DNA of 64,000 bases, taken from positions 483,314 through 547,313 of the forward strand of contig JAHDYR010000011.1 of assembly GCA_019828565.1 (NCBI GenBank). The letters run 5' to 3'. Each line of letters starts with the position of its first letter. Position 1 is the first letter of the stretch. Position numbers and translations under genes: made by a program. Source of the stretch: Carpediemonas membranifera BICM. Taxonomy: Eukaryota; Protista; Fornicata. Below, piece by piece: positions 20,850 to 31,326 of this stretch. The notes under the pieces were generated by a model, which saw only the letters and a list, made by a program, of their open reading frames with translations, ran no database searches and was not told where the DNA came from.

Positions 20850-21626
20850 ATGGACTCCCTCTCAATTCACATCGTTCCTGTCCTTAAAGACAACTATGTG
20901 TACCTTATCGTCAACGGTGCTGAGCACACCTGCATTGCCGTTGATCCGGGCGTCTCCAGGCCAATTCTCGCCAAGGCGGAGGAACTAGGCTGCAAACTAA
21001 CGCATATATTGAATACACATTGCCATTGGGACCATTGCGATGGCAACATTGATCTCAAGAACGCCACCGCGTGCTATGTGGTTGGTTCTCGACACGATGC
21101 CGCCCGCATACCCGGAATCGATCGGCAAGTGGTCGACGGCGATGTCCTCAGGCTATGTGGGGTCGACATTCACGTCCTTGGGACCCCCGGGCACACCACT
21201 GGCGATGTATCGTACTTCTGTCCCGACCTCCATGCCCTCTTCCCCGGCGACTCTCTCTTCCCCATGGGATGTGGCAGGCTGTTTGAAGGGACGCCTGGGG
21301 ATATGTGGCAGAGCATGCAGAAGCTCAAGGCGCTGCCTGGAGACACTAAGGTGTATTCTGCCCATGAATATACCGTAGCAAACTCGAGGTTTGCAGCACA
21401 CATTGACCCACATAACCCGGCCGTCAAGGCGGCAGCAGAGAGGGCAAAGACGCTTCGGGGGTCTGATGAGTGCACATTGCCGGTGATTCTGGGCGACGAG
21501 CTTCAGTGCAATCCTTTCCTGAGGGCAGACGAGCCAGAGTTCCAGAAGGAGCTTGGTATGGAAGGCATGAGCGCAGTAGAAGTGTTTGCGCATGTAAGAA
21601 GAACTAAGGATGGCTTTAAAGGGTAA
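20850..21626 (+). CDS. gloB: Hydroxyacylglutathione hydrolase (glyoxalase II)
   Basis: DNYVYL, THCHWDH, PGHT, GDSLF, GCGRLFEG, HEYT, NPFLR. Confidence 0.93.
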   Translation: MDSLSIHIVPVLKDNYVYLIVNGAEHTCIAVDPGVSRPILAKAEELGCKLTHILNTHCHWDHCDGNIDLKNATACYVVGSRHDAARIPGIDRQVVDGDVLRLCGVDIHVLGTPGHTTGDVSYFCPDLHALFPGDSLFPMGCGRLFEGTPGDMWQSMQKLKALPGDTKVYSAHEYTVANSRFAAHIDPHNPAVKAAAERAKTLRGSDECTLPVILGDELQCNPFLRADEPEFQKELGMEGMSAVEVFAHVRRTKDGFKG

Positions 21627-22561
21627 ACAATGAAAAGGGCGATAAGCTTGGGAGACAGGAAAAATGGAGCAAATTGATGTTTGTTAGAAACTGAGACCTG
21701 TCAGACAGCCTCCTGTGCATGGAAAATGATTCCACGATCTTCAAATGGCAATGGCGGGCCTTGCAGCCGCTACTCCGAGGAGTACCACGCCAAAAGCTTC
21801 ACGCTCAGCACAAGAGGGGCATATCGATCATCCAGGTTGGATTGGTTACCAAGATATACACGTAAAGAAACGAAGAAGTTGCTATAGTAGCGATCCCGTT
21901 CGAGTATAGTCTTGTTGATAATTGTTAGCCTTAGCCTGCGCGACTTGACGACAGTGGTAAAAATGGCTTAAACTCAAAGTGAACATTTGAACGTTAAATG
22001 GAGTAATATGGCCTTCGCATAGTACTCAAACAAACTTGGTGTTCAGTTGACTCTACCATTTGTGGCTGCCTCCGACTTATGTTTTGATGAGCCTTTGAGT
22101 ATTTGATGAGCGTACCATGCGGTTGACACAAACAATCAACTCAATATGTTTATGACAGTCGGTATTCCGTACCGTTGCCATTGCTAAGACTGATTTGACT
22201 TTGGCTTATCACCCATTGCAATGAGCGCTTTCGGTGTGGCGCACAAGTTGAGATGACGGAGAACTGCACCAGGTCATGTCGGTGTATTGTTTGATTGAGT
22301 CTAGCTGGTAAAGCCGCAATGAAGTCAGGTCGGGCAGGGTCTTCTCCAACCTGTCTTAAATCTCATGAAACAGGGTCAACTCACCAAGCCACTGGAATTG
22401 TAATCGTATAACACCCACCGCTTTCTTTCTCTCTCTTTCAAGCTGGCTCGAAGCGTGTCTATCAGTGGGTCGTGCACACACATGCGAGCTGGCCTCTAAC
22501 GGACACTTATGAATCGCCAACCCCCAATAAACAAGCAAACATTTACAACTCTTGGACCCAC

Positions 22562-25500
22562 TCAGCCCACGCCGAGCCACATTCCAATAGACGCGTCACC
22601 CATCGTCATTCTCTGGGCGACAACGGTAGCGTTCTCACATGTCATTGTCTGGGTTTGTGTCAGCGCCATCGTTGGCCGGTTGAATGTCTTACCCTGGGCC
22701 TGGAGACGACCAAGTGTAGTGGCAACACGGAACCTGGGGAGCAGGTCATCGTCGAGCGGCTGCTGGAGGAGCCTGTTCATTGTCGTTGCAAGAACAGACC
22801 CGGCTGTCGGATTCTCGAACGTTACCGCAATGATTATCTCCGCTAAATACGCCGCTGCATCCGCCGCCTGCGTATGGTCGAGCGACTCGAGTGTGAGAGC
22901 TGAGCAGACGTCGTTCAGGGCCGGCAGGAACGCCGACGGGTCTGAGCTGGACGCCACGTCCGACAGGATAACGAGGACGTCGGGAACATGGCCGGACATA
23001 ACGAGCGACGTGACGAACGGCAACCGGTGTTCAAGTGGCAGACGGCCAAACTGCTGGAAGTCGACGCCTGCCACGCGATAGTACTCCGCCACCTGGGCCG
23101 CGCAGGATAAGGTCGTGGGCACGACGGGGGAGCGGCCGAAGGGGGTTTCGGGGGCGTCCACGGTGTCTATGCAGAGCGGGGCGGCGACCGCGTGGTGCGT
23201 GGCGACAGTGGTCGGGGGTGCAGTCGTGGGGTAGAGCGTGGCCCACAGCCTGGCAAGCGCCTCTGCCCGGTTGACCTCGGGGCACGTGCGGATCTCCCCT
23301 GCGAGCTCTCTGGCGGATATGGGGCGGACCCAGCTGTACTTGGCGCAGATCTTGACGGCCAGCCCTCTGATGTGGAAGGAGCAGTGCGAGAGGAGGGCCC
23401 AGGCGGCGTCAAAGACACGGAGGGAGGTCTCAGAGGCGGCCATGGTCGGCTTGACGGGGACAGCGACGCTGGTGATGAGATGCATACACGGGACAGCAAC
23501 CATGCCAAAGGTCGCGGGCTTGGCCGCCAGTTTGTGGAGCACGTCGATACAGTGGTCAACGAGGACGGGGAAACGTGTGAATACGGTCGCCGCCGAGGCT
23601 CTCTGGCCTGTACCTAGGTCCTTGCCGACGAGTCTGTCCGTGAGGTGCGCGAAGAGCTGTGTCGCCCCGCTCTTGACGCGCCACTGATCTACCTGCAGTG
23701 CCCGTGTGGCGGCAACGGCGACAGTCTCGAGCTGACTAGCGCATGCCTTGAACAGGTCGCCATCAAGGAAGATGGCGTTGACCACGTTCATCGCATGGAC
23801 AGCGGGGCCGGGCCGGGTTGGGTCAGCAGCGTTGATGATCGCGACGAGTCTGTCAACAATGGCCGGGGCGAGGAGGGGGTCGGCCGTGAGCAGGGCCGTG
23901 ACGAGGTAGGGGAGACCCGCAGACGACCGGCGAAGGGTGAGCTTGGGGCTACCGTCCTGGATGAGGTCAACGAGCGCGTTCACACGCGTGTGTATCTCTG
24001 TCGACACCTTGCTGTTACGGACTAGCCTACGGAGGCACTGTGCAGTGTGTTTCATCGCTCCGATGTGCCGTACCTTGAGGAGGACGGCGCAGAACATGTC
24101 CAACAGCTCCGTCGTGGGATGGCCCTCTGTCAGTTGGACGATGAACTCAGTAGCAAACCGGCTGCACCGCCATGCCTTCTTATAAAGCACAGACCCGGCG
24201 TACTCGTCATCATCGTTGTCATGGTCAGAAGGCCGAGTCAGCTCAGAATCGACGATCCCGCTCATTGCCCAGACGATTGTAGACATGGTGCCGACGCACT
24301 TATCCTTCACCTCGGGGGACATGTAACCATTGTAAAGGAGGGTCAGGACGCGAATGAGGCCGGGTGTGGCTTGGATGCGGGAGACGTCGTCCTTGTCGCG
24401 GGTAACCATGGCGGGAAGCACGCTGAGAGCTGATTTGAATGACTCGTATCTCACATCACAATCTGTAGATACGGGGGGGAGAACAGAAACGGACCAGTGA
24501 ATCTGGATTGGCGCCCCCATGTGCATCAGCGTCCTCTTATCAGCGATCTGGGTGATCTGAACGGGGATCCTGGCCTGGGCGAGTCTTATGATGCGGCGGG
24601 CAAGGAGCCCTGCGTACAAATCAGTGTCGGCCTGCTCAGGGGAGGCGCATAGAGCTGCGAGCTTGGCCTCCAGCGGCATGGGGCTGTTAGTGAAGATGCT
24701 GTGGGGCGGCCCGTCAGGAAGGGTCAGGACGTACGTGAGGTCCTCTCTCACGGCGTCGACCGAGCAGAATAGTGCCGGGACAATGGAGTCCCAGGACTGG
24801 ACTATGAGCGCCCTGGCAGCCGGCCAGGTATCATAGTAGCACCGTAGGAGGCATGCGATAGCCCTCTGGTTGGCCAGGCCGTTGAGAGGGTGGAGTCGAT
24901 CCAGCGCTGCTTGGGTCAGCATGACGGCCAGGTCGACGTCAGACGTGATCGGGATACCAGTCTCACCGCCCATGCTGCCCCTGGCTATGCCGTATGTCCA
25001 CGGAGTGACCTTGCGGACCAGCGCGGCGACTGCTTCCCGGATCCTGTTGGGGGCAGTGAATCCGCTGCATTCCATCAACACTCTGAGGCCGTGGAGAACT
25101 ACGGCGATGCGGTCAGAAGTCATGGATCCTTGGAGCGTCAGCACAGTGATGAGGGCCTTGTGACGGGTCTCTGCATCGAGGGCACTGACGCCGCGATGAA
25201 GGACCCGCGTCATGGCTGCGTCAATAGCAGGTAGGGACGAAAGCGAGCACGCCACGACACCCACCTGGAGGGGGCACGTGTTCAGGTCCGCAATGACTGT
25301 GTTCACAGGTATTCTGGAGTGTCTAATGGCCGCCTGGACAATCCTCGGGGGAATCGGCATCTGGAACAACGCAACGAGCCACCCCCTGTGGGCCACATCG
25401 GTCACAGAGGCCAACTGTCCCACGAATCGCGCCACATGGAGGGATGAGGCTGGCGTGGTATCCAGCAGGGCGGGCCTGATTGACTGGACGAACGTCTCGG

Positions 25501-26467
25501 TGGCGATCTTGTCGAGGGGCCGGAACGGTGTCTTCAGGATCGTGGTAAGGGCGGCGTACTTGCCCCTGTATGCCAGGGGGAGGTCGAGAATGGGGTCAAG
25601 CAGCTCCGCACAGCCCCGGCGCCACAGGCTGTCGAGGAGGGCGAGGCATTCGGCCAGGTGGAGGGGCTGGACGTCCGAGAGCTCGTCGATGACCGCCAGG
25701 CCCATGTTTGCCATCTGTACGGAGTCGAGCTTGACTGAAGCCTTGCCAGCCATCTTGAGTGAATCAACCAGCAGGGCCCACGCTTCCTTGCGGGCCCCGT
25801 CACACGAGTCCTGAAGACCAGCGAGACCGAGCGTGATTGCCTCTGGGATGTCCGCGTTGCCCTTGTTCACAGCGACCCTGATCACGGCGACTCGGCCGAG
25901 CAGGGGAAGGTCGGGCTCCTGGGGGAACATGGCGGCGAGAGTACGGACTACGCGGGCGTCACTGCAGCCTAGCATGATCTCCTTATGGTTGAAGGGGACG
26001 CCGAGGCGCTTGCATAACTGGATGAGGGCGGCAACGTTGCTGGGACGAGCGTTGGCGTTGGCCAGCGTCATGAGGCTCGAGAGCTTCACAATGGATGGAC
26101 GGAGGATGGGCACAACAACGTCCCAGACCGCGTGGTGAGAACTACATGCGGACATGATGTCGGAGAAGAGGGCTACGGTCTCGAGCGTGCAGTCGGTGTC
26201 GGCGAGGATGGCGAGCTGTCCCACAGCCATCTTCATGATAACACTGACGTCGTAGTTGTCGTTGGTGATGAGGAAGCGCGATAGAGCACCAAATATGGCT
26301 GAGCGGATGGATAGAGAGATACCCTCGGGGGAAAAGACGGTTTGCGCAAGAATCTTCAGGTGGCCTTCACTTGAAACAACAAGCTTCTTCAGTACAGGTA
26401 TCAGTTCGTTAGGAACTGGCCTTTCCTGGATCGCTGAAAGCCAGTCCATTTGTTCGTTCGTTGCCAT
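22562..26467 (-). CDS. THADA: THADA/Trm732 (DUF2428) armadillo-repeat protein
   Basis: RHIGAM, RRSSAGLPYL, VHAMNVVNAIF, WRVKSGATQLF. Confidence 0.8.
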   Translation of the reverse strand: MATNEQMDWLSAIQERPVPNELIPVLKKLVVSSEGHLKILAQTVFSPEGISLSIRSAIFGALSRFLITNDNYDVSVIMKMAVGQLAILADTDCTLETVALFSDIMSACSSHHAVWDVVVPILRPSIVKLSSLMTLANANARPSNVAALIQLCKRLGVPFNHKEIMLGCSDARVVRTLAAMFPQEPDLPLLGRVAVIRVAVNKGNADIPEAITLGLAGLQDSCDGARKEAWALLVDSLKMAGKASVKLDSVQMANMGLAVIDELSDVQPLHLAECLALLDSLWRRGCAELLDPILDLPLAYRGKYAALTTILKTPFRPLDKIATETFVQSIRPALLDTTPASSLHVARFVGQLASVTDVAHRGWLVALFQMPIPPRIVQAAIRHSRIPVNTVIADLNTCPLQVGVVACSLSSLPAIDAAMTRVLHRGVSALDAETRHKALITVLTLQGSMTSDRIAVVLHGLRVLMECSGFTAPNRIREAVAALVRKVTPWTYGIARGSMGGETGIPITSDVDLAVMLTQAALDRLHPLNGLANQRAIACLLRCYYDTWPAARALIVQSWDSIVPALFCSVDAVREDLTYVLTLPDGPPHSIFTNSPMPLEAKLAALCASPEQADTDLYAGLLARRIIRLAQARIPVQITQIADKRTLMHMGAPIQIHWSVSVLPPVSTDCDVRYESFKSALSVLPAMVTRDKDDVSRIQATPGLIRVLTLLYNGYMSPEVKDKCVGTMSTIVWAMSGIVDSELTRPSDHDNDDDEYAGSVLYKKAWRCSRFATEFIVQLTEGHPTTELLDMFCAVLLKVRHIGAMKHTAQCLRRLVRNSKVSTEIHTRVNALVDLIQDGSPKLTLRRSSAGLPYLVTALLTADPLLAPAIVDRLVAIINAADPTRPGPAVHAMNVVNAIFLDGDLFKACASQLETVAVAATRALQVDQWRVKSGATQLFAHLTDRLVGKDLGTGQRASAATVFTRFPVLVDHCIDVLHKLAAKPATFGMVAVPCMHLITSVAVPVKPTMAASETSLRVFDAAWALLSHCSFHIRGLAVKICAKYSWVRPISARELAGEIRTCPEVNRAEALARLWATLYPTTAPPTTVATHHAVAAPLCIDTVDAPETPFGRSPVVPTTLSCAAQVAEYYRVAGVDFQQFGRLPLEHRLPFVTSLVMSGHVPDVLVILSDVASSSDPSAFLPALNDVCSALTLESLDHTQAADAAAYLAEIIIAVTFENPTAGSVLATTMNRLLQQPLDDDLLPRFRVATTLGRLQAQGKTFNRPTMALTQTQTMTCENATVVAQRMTMGDASIGMWLGVG

Positions 26468-26584
26468 CTCGCTCTCCTCTGAGTTACAGGAGTCGCGCTG
26501 ACGATCTCACGATCTAGCAAGCCACAGATCCCAGCAGAGCCCGGCCAGACGATCATTTACCATAAAATACCCCCCCCCCCCGGC

Positions 26585-28150
26585 CTATACCAGGTCAAGG
26601 CCCTCTTGCATCATCGTTAACAGGTCTGCCACCTCATAGTCATCTGCCATGGCCGGTTCAACGTCGATGAGCGCCTCCTGGATGGCGCCCGAGTGACCCA
26701 TAGCCTCCTCGTACGCGGCAGGGCAATCGGCGTAGTCTTCCAGAGGCCCCAGAAGAGTGACGTCGACTGGGATCAACGGGTCCTCAAGGGCTGCCACAAG
26801 GGCCTGGGCGACACCCTCTAGGTGTCCCTTGACTGCCCGCCGCATGGTCTTGATCTCTGCCTCACTGAACCATCCATTAACGGCGTCGCACGACGCCGTC
26901 TTGATCCTTGCGAAAAATCCTTCGACGATGGTGCGGACTGCCGGAATAAAGGCGATATCTGCAATCTGGAGCAATGGCTGGTGGATGAGCTGGAATGACC
27001 CCACGCCGGCCCTGTTCTTGACGAAGTTGAACTGCAGCAGCGTCATGTTGCTCTCGCTCAGCTTCAACAAGGCGTCAGTCTTCTTGTTCGAAGTCAGAGT
27101 CGATGCGAGTGCCACCAAGTCGCGCATGGGCCCGGCCCTTGCCCTGAAGTCTACCGTCTGCAGCACAGCCGCTGCGGGCTCGGCTCTGGGGTCGAAGCCG
27201 CGTCGGATACTGAGTCTGAACGGCCCCTTCTTGAACGTGTACATGCACAGTGGACCCAACCTCCGCATCTGGGCGCCACTGTACTTGCCGCCGCGGGCCT
27301 CTATCATTGTAGTGAGCCTCGCCTCCAGGTTCCTGAAGACCCACATAGGCTTCTGAGACATTAGATACATCAGGTCGTTCAAGAAGGCCTCGTCCACCTC
27401 TGTGTCTGCCTTGGGGAATGACAGTGGCTCTTTGTTCTCGGCGGGGACTGGATCGTCAGCCGCGAGGGTGGCATAGTGGATACGGGCGCCGGGCTTCTCG
27501 TTGCGGGGCAGGTCGGCGGTGGACACTGGCTGTTCCGTCTGCTCAGCCTGCTCGGTGGGCTCGTTGCCGTCTTCCGCGGCCTCGGGGGCGGCCTGCTTGG
27601 GCTTCCGTCTCTCTCGTTTGACACCGCGGACGACGATGTTGGTCGGATATGCGGTGTTGGCAAGTTTGCTGGGCAGTATTCGTAGCTCTGATGCCTCCTC
27701 CGCGTCAAGCTCCTCCTTGGCCTTGGAGAAAAAGGCCTCTATATCGTTGAGATCGGCTTCTTTGAATAACCGCATCGGTTTGGTGTCCGAATACCACTGG
27801 AAGTCCGCCATCCCGTCGAAGTTGGCCCATTTCCTACACCTGGCGTGGATAGAAGGGATGGTTCGGAAGAACTCGGCGACGCGTCCGTCAGCATAGGTGC
27901 GGCGGACCTTTTGGCGCTTGAACTCGAGAACGAGGAAGTCGCAGGGCTCAGAGGTCGTTGTCATGGGGTTGGAATACTGGTCGGTCTGGTGTATGTGGAA
28001 GTTCAGCTCCGCATCCTGGTCGAAGAAGCTCTGCTCGATGTTCTCGATGCCCTCGAGACGATCAATCGCTACATCGGTGTTCACCACATTAGCAGGTACC
28101 TTGACCAAGAATATGTCCTTGTCAGGGATCACAAGGCGACCGGGGAACAT
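26585..28150 (-). CDS. GTF3C5: TFIIIC subunit 5 (Tau95/Tfc1)
   Basis: VKVPANVVNTDVAIDRLEG, FDGMADFQW, YTFKKGPFR...RGFDPR...QTVDFR. First plausible ATG is at 28150. Confidence 0.82.
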   Translation of the reverse strand: MFPGRLVIPDKDIFLVKVPANVVNTDVAIDRLEGIENIEQSFFDQDAELNFHIHQTDQYSNPMTTTSEPCDFLVLEFKRQKVRRTYADGRVAEFFRTIPSIHARCRKWANFDGMADFQWYSDTKPMRLFKEADLNDIEAFFSKAKEELDAEEASELRILPSKLANTAYPTNIVVRGVKRERRKPKQAAPEAAEDGNEPTEQAEQTEQPVSTADLPRNEKPGARIHYATLAADDPVPAENKEPLSFPKADTEVDEAFLNDLMYLMSQKPMWVFRNLEARLTTMIEARGGKYSGAQMRRLGPLCMYTFKKGPFRLSIRRGFDPRAEPAAAVLQTVDFRARAGPMRDLVALASTLTSNKKTDALLKLSESNMTLLQFNFVKNRAGVGSFQLIHQPLLQIADIAFIPAVRTIVEGFFARIKTASCDAVNGWFSEAEIKTMRRAVKGHLEGVAQALVAALEDPLIPVDVTLLGPLEDYADCPAAYEEAMGHSGAIQEALIDVEPAMADDYEVADLLTMMQEGLDLV

Positions 28151-28237
28151 CGTCTGGTGGCGGTGGCCGGTGCAGCTTAAGCACCATGGTCTACGAGGCC
28201 ATACAGGCATCCACAAGTACCCTAACCGCTTTATACA

Positions 28238-29461
28238 TCACTGGGACTGGCACTGCATGCCCGGCGCGCCGCCGTGGCCCATGTCCTCGTCGCTGTCGTA
28301 CGCGTTCCCCCCAGCCATCGTCTCGCGCAGCTTGGACTGGTCGAAGGGCGTCATCGTGATGGTCTCATCGTCGGCCTTCTCCGTCTCCATAGGGGAGCAG
28401 GGCAGGAGCTTCTTCAGGAGCCCCGTCTGGGTGGCGTCCAGCCTATTCGGGAACTGCACATCAAACTTGATGAACAGGTTGCCCTTCTCGAACGGCCGGC
28501 GATACACTGGCATGCCTTCGCCATCAACACACAGCACCATCTCGGGTGTGATGATCTGACCCGGATGCGTCTGGACAAGCAGCTTACGGCCGTCCATGTG
28601 GGTAATGTGGAACGACACGCCCGTCAGCGCTGACCCGAGGGGGATCGTCTTCTCGATAAACAGATGCTGCCCCTGCCGCTTGAACGTCGGGTGCTCCTTC
28701 TCGGCGACAACAAAGACGATGTCACCCGGCTCGCCTTCAGGCTCAGCCTGGCCCTCGCCTGGGAAAACAATCTTCTTGCCGTTGGACATGCCCTTCTCGA
28801 TGGTAACGTCGAGAACCTTCTTGTCCTTGACAGTGCGGTGGCCCTTGCACTTCTTGCAGCGGTCACTAGCAGGCACAGCCTGGCCCGTGCCGTTACAGTT
28901 GCTACACTGCTGCTGCATCTGCTGGATCATGCCGGGCCCAATCTGACGGTGGACAATCTTCACACCGCGGCCGTGGCAGTCGGAGCAAGTCACGCTCTTG
29001 CCGCTGAGAGAGCCAGAGCCGTGGCAGTCGGGGCACAGGATGTCGCGGGTGACGGCCATCTTGGAGGAGCGGCCCTTGTAGAGGTCGTCGAGGGTGACGG
29101 CCAGGCGGTGGACAATGTCCTCGCCCTTGCGGGGGCCGGCGCGACGCCCACCACCCATGCCGCCGAAGCCACCGCCCATCATGTCGAACAGGTCGGCCAT
29201 TCCGCCGAACCCGCCCATGCCGCCCATGCCGTCGTTCTTGAGGCCCTCCTTGCCGTATTTGTCATAGATATCCTTCTTTTGGCCATCAGAGAGCACCTGG
29301 TAAGCCTCAGACATCTCCTTAAACTTTGCCATGGCTTCTGGGTCATCGCCAGCCTTATCAGGGTGGTACTTCGCCGCGAGCTTGCGATAGGCCTTCTTGA
29401 TCTCTGCATCAGTGGCGTTTCTGCCAACACCAAGGATGGAATAGTAGTCACCGTCAGCCAT
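28238..29461 (-). CDS. DNAJA: Type I DnaJ/Hsp40 (DNAJA/Ydj1-like)
   Basis: J domain with HPD, G/F region, four CxxCxG(xG) repeats and a C-terminal CaaX (CQSQ). Confidence 0.96.
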   Translation of the reverse strand: MADGDYYSILGVGRNATDAEIKKAYRKLAAKYHPDKAGDDPEAMAKFKEMSEAYQVLSDGQKKDIYDKYGKEGLKNDGMGGMGGFGGMADLFDMMGGGFGGMGGGRRAGPRKGEDIVHRLAVTLDDLYKGRSSKMAVTRDILCPDCHGSGSLSGKSVTCSDCHGRGVKIVHRQIGPGMIQQMQQQCSNCNGTGQAVPASDRCKKCKGHRTVKDKKVLDVTIEKGMSNGKKIVFPGEGQAEPEGEPGDIVFVVAEKEHPTFKRQGQHLFIEKTIPLGSALTGVSFHITHMDGRKLLVQTHPGQIITPEMVLCVDGEGMPVYRRPFEKGNLFIKFDVQFPNRLDATQTGLLKKLLPCSPMETEKADDETITMTPFDQSKLRETMAGGNAYDSDEDMGHGGAPGMQCQSQ

Positions 29462-29605
29462 AATGAACTAGCAGTTGCAGGTGAGATCAATTCGATCGAC
29501 TTCTAAAACTGCACCAAAGTCTCACGATCGATTCGGCTATTACGGACCCACAGACCATTTCACAGCCCTACAATGGCGCCAATCTTTACAATAAACACCC
29601 GTCCA

Positions 29606-31177
29606 TCACAAGCCGGGCAGGTCGCCCTCAAGAAGCATGTCAGCATCGCTCTGAGCAGGCTGACTAATGGCCTGCAGCGCCGCCTGTTCCTCTCTCTGCC
29701 TGTTGAGCTCGGCCTGCACCCTCATCTTCTGAGCCTCCTGGTCGACCCTCTGAGCGACATCCGCCCCCTTTCTTTCCCACGGCATCACCTGGTTCTCGGC
29801 GGCGTCCTCCTTCATAGCAGCTCTCTCGATGGCAAACTGGGTCTGCGCGAGGTCGACGTATCTGTCGCTCTCACGCCCACCGCTGCTGGACGAAGCAAGG
29901 TATTGTCCAGAGTGGAAAGTGTCCTTGAGGGCCTCCCCGGGCCGCATCCTGGCCCAAAATCGTGTGTTGTGATCATCGCCAACACTTGCCATAAGATGCT
30001 CGGCCGGGTGGAACGCGAGGTCCCAAATGCGGCTCGACCTGCCTTGCTGTGAGCTGTGGGCGCCCCTGAGGATGGCCACTGGGGCCTTGATGTCCTCGTG
30101 GAACCAGTAGAGCCCGCCGTCGACGTCACCGACGACGAACAGTCTGGGGACCATCGGGTGGAAGCGGACAGCAGACCCCGCCCCCATGCCGTCACCGCTG
30201 ATCGACCGGAGGGGCTCATGGAGCTGCCGAACGTCGTACAGGCGGGCAACCTGGTCCTTTCCCACAGTGATGAAGCGCTGGCCCGTGGGCTCCCAGCGGA
30301 CGCGGTGGATGGCGAGGGAGCGGGCGTTGGGCGTGCGGTGGACCATCTCACCGGACCTGACGTCCCACAGAATAGTGTTGCCGTCCTCCCCGCCGCTCAG
30401 GACGAGGGCCCCGTGGGGATGCCAGTCGACTCCGCGGACAGTCGACCTGTGGCCGTTGACGAGGGAGACGACGGGCGAGCCGAGGGGGTCGCGACGCCCC
30501 CGCTCGGCCTCGTTGTACGGGTTGACCAGGTCGAAGATGGGGATGACAGGGTCGTCGCCGGCCACGGCGATATGGGCGTCGGTGGGGGCGATGGCGACCT
30601 CGAGGGCCTTGTAGGATGAGGCGCTTGCTCTGAATCGCTTGATGCAGTTGAGGTTGTCCTGCCAGTACTGAACCCACCCCGTCTCGTCAGCGGTGATCAT
30701 CATGCTGCGCCCGTGCATCCACTGGATCGAAGTGATTCCCCGCTCGCCGCTGTCCCGCGAGTTCCCCTGGACTACCTCCATTACAGTGTCGAACTTGAAG
30801 GGGCTGCACTGCCAGAGAGTCAGCTCACCGTTGGCATTACCTGTGAGGAGGCGCCGGCCGTCTGGAGACCAGCCGAGCGAAAGGACCTTGGACCTGTTTT
30901 TGTTGGCGCCAGAGTGAATGAAACGCGTCAGGAGGGATCCACCGATCTCTGTCATCTGAAGTTGTGGATTCAAGATGTGCCTTAGGTGCTGCTTGCTGTC
31001 CAGGACCGTGGGACGGTAGTATTGACTGTGGTGCTGCAACCTGTGTTCCAAACCGTACTGAATCGAACTTGCGATGTCTACTTGCTTTCTAGTGACGAAG
31101 TTGCGGAACTCAGTGCCATTGGGACGCTCATGTCCCTGTTCGTGATCCATGTTGTGCTCGCGTCCAGAAGTCGACAT
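29606..31177 (-). CDS. WDR33: WDR33/Pfs2 mRNA 3'-end processing factor
   Basis: TRFIHSGANK, WSPDGRRLLTG..GELTLW, VDWHP, IWDLAFHP..HLMASVGDD.NTRFWARMRPG. Confidence 0.88.
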   Translation of the reverse strand: MSTSGREHNMDHEQGHERPNGTEFRNFVTRKQVDIASSIQYGLEHRLQHHSQYYRPTVLDSKQHLRHILNPQLQMTEIGGSLLTRFIHSGANKNRSKVLSLGWSPDGRRLLTGNANGELTLWQCSPFKFDTVMEVVQGNSRDSGERGITSIQWMHGRSMMITADETGWVQYWQDNLNCIKRFRASASSYKALEVAIAPTDAHIAVAGDDPVIPIFDLVNPYNEAERGRRDPLGSPVVSLVNGHRSTVRGVDWHPHGALVLSGGEDGNTILWDVRSGEMVHRTPNARSLAIHRVRWEPTGQRFITVGKDQVARLYDVRQLHEPLRSISGDGMGAGSAVRFHPMVPRLFVVGDVDGGLYWFHEDIKAPVAILRGAHSSQQGRSSRIWDLAFHPAEHLMASVGDDHNTRFWARMRPGEALKDTFHSGQYLASSSSGGRESDRYVDLAQTQFAIERAAMKEDAAENQVMPWERKGADVAQRVDQEAQKMRVQAELNRQREEQAALQAISQPAQSDADMLLEGDLPGL

Positions 31178-31326
31178 CTTTGAATGGTGGCGAGCAGGGC
31201 CAGGCTGTTGAGTCCCTTGAGCAGATGAGTGTGTTCCGACTGCGCATTTGTTGTATGGGCGGGTGCGCCTGCCGATCCTTAAGATGCACTCGCAGCGACG
31301 TTGAGCGTGATCAAGAACGTGAAAGC

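Noticed and set aside
10187-21862. Shared 14-mer CCAAGATATACACG at about 10187 and 21849
   Set aside because: The flanks do not align, and several 14-mer matches are expected by chance in 64 kb.
26570-26581. C12 homopolymer between the THADA start and the GTF3C5 stop
   Set aside because: A simple homopolymer of uncertain length with no evidence of function.
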